Shown: piece after piece, positions 55,463 through 64,000 of the stretch
How positions within the stretch are numbered: position 1 is the first letter of the stretch
Layout: each line of letters opens with the position of its first letter
From: Tubiluchus corallicola
Lineage: Eukaryota > Animalia > Priapulida
Assembly (NCBI GenBank): GCA_030141605.1
Contig: JAQGDQ010000171.1
Span: 62,001-126,000, forward strand
Reading direction: 5' to 3'
DNA length: 64,000 nt
Made by a program: the position numbers and the translations under genes
Notes under the pieces: model-generated
Seen by the model: only the letters and a program-made list of their open reading frames with translations
Told to the model about the DNA's origin: nothing
Databases searched by the model: none

Positions 55463-58400
55463 TACATCTTTTAGCAGTAGCGCTTCTCGCTTGCAGGTTT
55501 CATAACAACAAAGTATTGAATGATCCCTTTTCGTGCTCAATTCAATTCAATTAAAATATTTATTTCGGTAACTAAGACCTTGTAAAATACAATGAAATAA
55601 AATTACAAGAGTATATATATAGGGTATGTAAATTAAAAGTTCCAATAAATTTTAGGGGCTAATTATGTAATAATTCGTTCCATTTCACAAAAAGCAAGGC
55701 TGACAAGTCCATGTGAGTTACCATGAGCAGTTATAATACTATTGCCAGTGTAAAGTAGCAACCTATTTCGAACCTATAACATGATCTTCTGCGAGTAAAC
55801 ATTGCAGCAGTAACTGTTAAACAACATGACTTTAACATCATTTGAACACATATACACAAACTTTCTTATAAAAGAGTTAATCGATATATAAAAAAGACTA
55901 ATCTGGCTGTGATTGTCACAATTGGCATTTATATGACTCAATATAGCGCTTCAAGTTTTTTGCTTGGTGTTTTTTTAAAAACGAAACTGCATTACTGTAT
56001 TTCTTCAGGGAAGCTTACAATTTGGCTTTTCCTAAACTTTGAATAAATTTCTTTTTCGTATTGATTTTCCTTTTCACATCGACCTCTTACTGGCACAAAA
56101 AGCTGCCCTTCGGGACATGGGGTTATAAAAATAACATATTTAATATAGTTGGGTCACCTAACCGCCTCAAGTGTAATGAAAAACGGTGCCTTTTTACAAC
56201 TTCTTACCCCTCCCCCTTTTTGCAACCGTGAAAAATAGTGTCCATCTTATATAAAACGGTTGGTTACCTGATAAAATATAGTTGATGAAATAATTTCATG
56301 TTGGCCAAGCAGCGGGCCCAGAAAAATGTTAAAAGTGTCACCCAGGAGACCTGAAAAAGGTTAGCACAGGCTAACATCTCTATTTTACACTTACTTGCCC
56401 TCTCCTTCCCTTCCCTTCCCTTCCTTTCATCCTATCCATCACCTTCTTCTGTACCGTTTCTGCTCCTCTCGGCTCCTCTGCTCTGCTCCCCTCTCTTCTG
56501 CTTTCTTCTTTTCTGCTCTTTCTCCCCTCCTCTATTCGAATGACTATTAGCATCGCCATTCTCGTCATTCTCGTCATTCTCGTCGTGGTCATCGTCAGTG
56601 TCACAATAATCGAAACCAACATTATCATCAGTGTTATCAGTTACGTTAGCCTTTTAGTAATTTAATTAATTTTGATTCATGCAACCGGGGGAAGCCTCAT
56701 TTGTTCTGAACAGTTTTTGAACATGGCTTCAGTGAACCGCCGCTGTCATAATGTATATCCCAGTGAAGCTCAATGTAGCGAATTCCCCGCCTGTTTATTT
56801 ACTTATGGACAAGCAATTAGGCGTCTGATACTGGGAGTAATGCAATTTTCCTTCTCTGCGTCCCCCAAAGCGACAAAACTAAGTTTACTTTATATCAACT
56901 GCAAATCCTGCATCGACCGTCAGGGGGCGGCACCAGCCCATCCAAGGGTCGTAAAGTGACAAAATGAAGCACATTAAAACTGCCGTCAAGCATAAATTTG
57001 TCAACCTTGACAGCGATTTTTCGCCACGAACAGTAAAGTTAAGCTGTGCAAAAGATTTGCCTGAGATCAATAAGGCAGATTCGCACCGTATCGCAACTCA
57101 GCTACTGGAGGAAAAATTTGCACGGCTAAAAATACCTGGCTGAGGATATAATTGAATTGGAATTGATCATTTCTTTGAAGAGAAAGGCAGAGAAAATGTA
57201 GGGAAGCTGACTGACGCAGTCTGGCTTCTTAACGGATGCGCTGAACACTCTTCTATCATCTTCTTTTGGTTTCAAGGTCAAGTACAACTGAAACTTGCAT
57301 GGGCTTTATGTTTCATTCAGATGTGATATGAACATTGAAAAGACGTTGTGTGTTGTGCATAGAAAAATAAGGTGATCAGAAAAAATAAGGCCCTTTTTAA
57401 AAAATTATTAAAAATTTGTTTCTCTTTGTATCGGAATAAAACTTTTTGACATGGAAATAGACGCACATTTTATTAATATTATCGGGTTTTATTAAACAAA
57501 TGCAAAATTTTGGAGATTTGAAAGCGGTTTAAATAAAAAAATGAATTTTTCTAAAGAAACAAAAACATATAATTTATCCTTTAAATTTTGTTTTTACACA
57601 ACTATACTACAAAAACTGTTAATTTTTTCCTGACGCTTCAATTGTTCTTCTCAGTCAGAGAATAAGTTGATAAATACCTTTTCTGACAGTCATACAAATG
57701 TCTGATATAATAAAAACAGTTATACTAAAATCATTTTTTTATTTTTATGGTTTGATGACAGTATCAAGCATAATTTCTTTAACTTTCTTAGCAAAAATTG
57801 GTGAGCAAGTATTCAAATGTTTCAAACTTTCTAGCTTTGCTTCTGCTAAATTTATTCACGAATTGGATAAAAATTTCCGACTCCATGACCTTTTAAAAAG
57901 GGGTTACATGAGTTGACAACGAGCACAGTGAGAGAAGGGAATTCGAAAACATGTTTTGGAAGAAAGTAATGCGACGTTACCAAAGTGATGCTTTCGACGC
58001 TTCGTTATTAGAGAAAAAATTAACAATAATGCACAATTGCATGAGGTCATGGCGAAAGAACTATCTTGTTCAAAAAGCTTTTAAATGGCTATAAGAATTT
58101 CCAATGTGCTCGGGCAGCGATGCGCTGAAGCAGAGCAGATGAGTGGCCGTGTGGCAACTGACTTGGCGATAGTAGTGCCGGCTGCTATTTTAATATTAGT
58201 TTTAATATTGTCCAGTCTCAACGTTTGCCTATGAATTATACTAGTTACCAGACATCTAACTGCAAACTGCAAGTGTGCTACTTAGTAACATTGCAAACCG
58301 TCACAAAGAAACAGCGGCGGCAGCGGCGGCAGTGGCAGCAGCAGCAGCCATGTCCAAGATTAAATGTTATTACGTTATGGAACTTACGTCACCGTATATG

Positions 58401-58487
58401 TGTTTACTGTGTAGGGTATTTAGATTCGTTCATAATTTGTTCAGTTTTTCTACTGGTACTTAGAGTAGCGATAGCCGATTGTTCGTT

Positions 58488-58561
58488 TTGTTGTTGTTGT
58501 TATTGTTGTATTTGTTGTTGTTGCTGCTGCTGCTGCCGTTCTTCTTCTTCTTCTTCTTCTT

Positions 58562-58621
<60 letters not shown>
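58488..58621. repeat. Compound (TGT)/(TGC)/(TCT)/(TAT) microsatellite
   Basis: Directly visible. Confidence 0.9.
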
Positions 58622-60109
58622 GATATCTTTATACATAATAATTACTATCTAGGTCCTCCATGAGGCTTCTGTAAAGAAGGATCTTCAGTGATTTTCTTAA
58701 AGGTCATAAAAGTGTATAACATTTATTGATGTAGAAAATGCTGATTTTTAAACTAATATCTTCTAGTTTTAAATTCTGTATATGTCTTTATTATATTTGT
58801 AGTTCTTATAATAGTGCATGACGTGTAGTCTTTCTTAGTTTTTAGCGTAAATCTTAACTTTTATATAGCTCTTTATATGCTAAAATTAACTTTAAATCAA
58901 AATTAATAAATAAAAATATATTTTTATATCACCAAACTCCAAAAAGTGGAGCTGTACGTGACCAAACGTTCACCATATTCTGAGCCTGTAATCATAGAAT
59001 CCAGAAAGAAACAATTTACGTTCATTCGAACATTCTGTGCATCTAAGCAGCACACTCAACCATTATAAAATGAAAAACATTTACAGTGGAGCCAGATTCC
59101 CCATTATTACAGCCCACTCCTCCAAACAAATTTTAGTGCTTAAACTGCGTAAGATGCTTTCAGAAATAATGGACAACTTATGTATGTACACATTGAGGTA
59201 ACTCAATCGTGCGGTAATGAATGCGATTCAGCCTGAAAGTTAGCCAAACAATTCTGGGACAATCGGGTCTTCCTCATGTTCAGGCTGATTCCAGAAATGG
59301 TGAAACCCATTTCCTTGGCAACGGCACATCCCCAGCGAGAAAGCGAACTTGATTTAGCTTCGCGCATTAACGGAGGCAGCGTGAAGATTATAATCCGACC
59401 CAAATTCCCAACCGATACATTTCTCTTCATCAGAAACAAATGAATGCTCACATGACTTACCAGACACAGCTAACCCACATCAATAGTCATTTATAAATAT
59501 TATAAGCATCGTTCTCTACTCGGACGACATGCAGTGCAAATGCAACAACGATCAACCCCTAACAAGTCGTTTTACTCTGCCCTTCGTATTTAAATACATT
59601 AACAACACCAGTAAACCATTTCAAAATAACAGATTTAGCTTTCTTCCAATTCCTATAGTCAATTGCAGAACGGGTAATCTAAAACAAATTAGGACAATAA
59701 CCGCTAGTGAACAAGTAAGCAACTCTACTTTGGAATTCTCTACCATCACAGGTTAAACAAATCAGGTCCCTATCAGCATTTAAAACAAAATCAGAATCAT
59801 TAATATTAAAAAAACATGAAATATTATCACACTAGTACGACAACATGCACAACAATTCAGAATTTCTCTATTCACGGCCAGATTAATTAAATCGTAATTT
59901 TTAATTTTTGTGATTAGTTGTAAATACGTTTTATTTTTAGTCATTAAGTATTGTTTCTACTCTTTTCGGATTACTGCAAAGTCGTTCAAATTGCACTGAC
60001 GCATTAGCCTTTAGCATTGCAAGTACTAACACTAATTGACAATCTCTGTAAAGTATTTTTTCAATGATTATCAATGTATTTTAATGGCAAATAATGATTA
60101 TATAGATAT

Positions 60110-60127
60110 TTATATATATATATATAT

Positions 60128-60175
<48 letters not shown>

Positions 60176-60270
60176 GCACACGCACAGTGTGTGTGTGTGT
60201 GTGTGTGTGCGTGTTTGCGTGTGTGCGTGTGTGCGTGTGTGCGTGTTTGCGTGTGTGCATGTGTGTATAT
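60110..60270. repeat. (AT)n then (GT/GC)n microsatellite
   Basis: Directly visible. Confidence 0.9.
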
Positions 60271-61372
60271 GTACGTAGAATTGTTGATAGGGCTAGTTGG
60301 TAACTAGCGAGATAGTTCATAATAGTTCGTTATATATTTACGTCATTCCCCATGGTGAGGAAGCGTGAAAACTTTGCAGCCTATCTTGAGTTTTATATAT
60401 AAATGTAGATCTTGAAATCTCAACGACGTCGAGCTAAGCTTCGAACCATTATAAAAGACATTTCTTGAAGGAGCTCTATGTTTATTTTACTGCGACATTT
60501 AAGAGCACTATGAGCACGTGGATCTTCCAGCGTTGTTTGCCAAGCGATCGTCACAGATAATGAAGAACTTGGTTTCATGGTATTTTAATGGCACATGACC
60601 GACGACGATAGCTTGTTAGAAATGCAACCACGCAACTGCTATCAGTGTGCTAAAATAAAAGTGAAAAGCGATCCATGTGGTTGTGAAAGGTTTGGTAATA
60701 CAATGCAGACAAGCGCTGTGCTGCTGCCTGGCTTTGTTTTTGTAAAACTAAAACAAATCCTTACAAAATGTTAATCAACTGATTATCTAGCCTTGATAAT
60801 GACACTAATGGGGGCAAATGTATCAGCTCATTTGGGTTACCGCTATGATGACTGTGGTAATGATGGCTTTAATAAGTTTGATAGAAACGACAACAATGAC
60901 GGCGACGAGGACGACGGTGCACTATTCTTAAATGTGCGTAAAATATAAATAACGAAATTCAATCTTCAAACACGCATAGGAAAATATAATTGTCATTTAT
61001 TCACATGTGTAAATAAAGTGCAAATTCAACTCAATTCAATTCAATTTCATTCAATTCAATTCACTTATATTCTGTTCTATCCTCTTTAATTCAGATGTAG
61101 ATATCTGAAGCGGGAGTGATCGGCCACTCGTTTAAGAGAGCTTTTATTGCTGGTATTGCAACTGATTTTGATTTCTGGTGGACGAACAATACTGCGCTGA
61201 TAGCGGATGATGACAGGACTTATGACGAGTGCGATGTCTTTTTCTTTTTTTCTTCTTCTTCTGCTTTGTCTTCTTCTTCTTGATAAAGGTCGGAATGATG
61301 ATGGTAATTTTTGAGGTGACAACAATGGTTGAATCAACGGTCAGTGGGGGCATCTGAGACCCGGTGAGATGG

Positions 61373-61486
61373 GTGTGTGTTTGCATGCGTATGTGAGGGA
61401 GTGTGTGTGTGTGTGTGCGTCCACGTGTGCGTGTGTGCGTGCGTGTGTGTGTGTGTGTGTGCGTGCGTGCGTGTGTGTGTGCGTGC

Positions 61487-61518
<32 letters not shown>

Positions 61519-61520
61519 GT
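61373..61520. repeat. (GT/GC)n microsatellite
   Basis: Directly visible. Confidence 0.9.
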
Positions 61521-64000
61521 GGTGGTGCTCTTTCAAATTTCAAAATAGCAAAACCGTATTTTCATACTTTTACCTTATTTCGTAACCTTGTTGAAGGTAA
61601 CCAGTGGGTGCAGATTAAGTCTAGAAGCAATTGGACATCTTTGCCTTCAGTTTGGTCTTATTTATCGGGTAACTTCTTTATTGCTGGAATATTGTCCAAG
61701 GAACAATTTAGCACCCAATACAGCTAATATACGCTACTTGAAGAATGAATGAAGCCATCTATCAGGATTTCAATGGCCCCGTCTGTCGAAGAAGCCCACT
61801 GCATTGAGGATTGCGACGTGACGGTTAGCGGCCACTTACTACTAATCTCGAGGACCAATAGACCATAATGACTAATCACGCTTGTTGTGACGAGTTCGAC
61901 ATCTACGTAATTGGAAAGCAACAGCCTCTAGCCGAACAAAACACCATATACGGAATTGTCTCAGTTGCTTAAATTATGTACCGAAGAATGGTGACTGTTA
62001 TAAAGGGAGGATTTCACTTTCAGTGCCTTGAATTTTAACTTGCAAAAGGCATATCTATGTTTTCAGCAAAAACATTTTGCGATCAAGCTGTGTGTTTCAA
62101 ATTATCGAAAACAGTTCAACTAAGCAAGCATTTTAAAGCTACTTACAGATAGTAAATGTTTTAGATTTACCGGCACGGGACCTGGAACAACATATTTCTT
62201 GGGACTTCTGAAAATACAATTCCTAGCATGCAATAACATCATTTGAAATTGTTTAGACACGTAGTTTATTTTTGATAAAATAATATTTTTGGATATCCTA
62301 ACTGGTACGACAAATTAAAACAGATAATGATAATGATGATGTTGATGATGGCGATGATGATAATTAAGTTATTTACCATTATAACTGTACTGTTACTCAG
62401 AAATTTCGAATGTTTGTCAGAGACACAGGTGCCATTTTTAACCTTTCTTAGGTATGACGTCTGGCAGCGAGCGAAGTGACTTTTTTATCACTGAGCTAAC
62501 GTCCACCAATAATAAATAGACTACGAAGACAAAAACTGTTTTAGCCACACAACACTTCTTGGAATTAATTATTAATAAAATGCTAAACGAAAAAGTGTTA
62601 TATTAATACTGGTTTATTCCCCTCAAATGCCAATTCATAAAATTTATCACTCTTGGCATCATGCCAACATAAAATTGCATCGCGACAACAGTGTGATTAT
62701 TACACAAGGATATAAAATTTTAATAGCATGCAAATACAGCACAACAAATACAAATGGTTTACAAGAGGGTAATTAATGCAATAATAAAAGGACTGCGTCA
62801 AAATATAAAATATTAAACTGGAAAACAAGAACGTTAGATGAAGGCAGGAAGAAAAAATAGGTTTGTTCAGCCTGAAAAGAAATATTAAAATACTAATAGC
62901 GCGTTCAGACGTAAAGATTTTTCTCGCAACTTCTCTCGCAACTTGTGGCGCAATTTCTCTCTCACTGAGTTTGCAGCAAGTTGCGACAGAAGTCTCTACG
63001 TCTGAGCGCGCCATAACCTTCCAGAAAAATTCAAAGTGGCGTAATTCTGTAACCACTAATGTATTTAAAGCTCTTATAATTGGTTGATCAAAGGAGCCGA
63101 TCTGTCAGTTGAACAATTGGTAATGGTTTAATGGCTTTTAGTTAATAAACTTTCCGCACTAATCAACCAATCAGTCAACAAAACAGGTGCAAATATACTA
63201 TAGGTTACATTTAGGTGCCTGTATGAAAATCATTAAGGATTAATGCCATTTATCTTAATGTAAAAACGCCTTTACCTAACTGAAAGGCATGCCATTTACT
63301 TTAAAGTAATGTACTAACATTATAAATGCTGGAGCTGGCGATAAGTTTAGGATAGGCTAAGTTTTTTATTTCGGCAATAGCGTGTAATTATACAAGAGTT
63401 ATATTGTAATTAAATTACATTAAATTAAATTAATTGTTGTCCACTGTTATTTCAAAACAAAGTCAATCAGAGCACTAAAAATAAGGGCTAATCCCTTATA
63501 ATAAGCGAAAACATTTCGAAATGGCGAAGCACTTTAAAAGAAAATACAAATTATATAACAAATAGGACAGTTGGTTAAAAACTAAAGTTTAATTGGAAAT
63601 ATTACGAACTATTTTATTGGCTCGGTAGGCATATCGCGTTATAGCCTATAGGTACTGATTGGTAAAGAAAAACACTTGCATAAGAAGTTATAAATCTACC
63701 TCACTATGAGTCTGCATTGTATCTGCTGAGATTTGTAAAGAAAATAAAAGTAAAAAATTCCAATAAATTTCTCTTTACCACTGCCTTTCACCCATCCACT
63801 CACCCCCCCCCTCCAACTACTCACACTCCTGAAATGATTTAATGTGAATTTATAATTACTGTAATCAGACATCATTTAACAAATTTACAAAGCTCTTGAA
63901 ACGACATTTTGTAATTTATTCAAGTTTTCAACTTTTTCCAAAAAGTTTCTCAAATGTACAACACTTCCCATAAGAGACAAAAATGAAATGCTATTCACTA

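Overview
AT-rich, intron-containing invertebrate animal genomic DNA, most likely a protostome (long-coil cytoplasmic intermediate filament with a lamin tail, plus a divergent ionotropic-receptor pseudogene); it is not prokaryotic. Three spliced + strand genes were reconstructed by hand from GT/AG boundaries and frame continuity: (1) a 7-coding-exon sarcoplasmic Ca2+-binding protein (SCP)/calexcitin-like EF-hand gene (9112-14938, 312 aa) with an unusual basic C-terminal extension resembling a calmodulin-target helix; (2) a 12-exon cytoplasmic intermediate filament gene with a lamin tail domain (19509-30216, 605 aa); (3) a secreted short collagen (41025-48217, about 540 aa) with an acidic hexapeptide-repeat N-block and 82 uninterrupted Gly-X-Y triplets in one exon. 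An intronless ionotropic receptor pseudogene lies on the - strand (about 49129-50300). The rest is MITEs (TTAA/Kolobok-like, hAT-like), LINE, SINE and Penelope fragments, and microsatellites. The most striking observation is an 11-copy, 92-bp tandem array (16863-17832) in which each unit carries a minimal type I hammerhead-ribozyme-like motif on the - strand and the array is flanked by inverted tails. Two more Penelope-type hammerhead motifs occur at about 3350 and 8190. No database searches were possible, so all family calls come from motif recognition.
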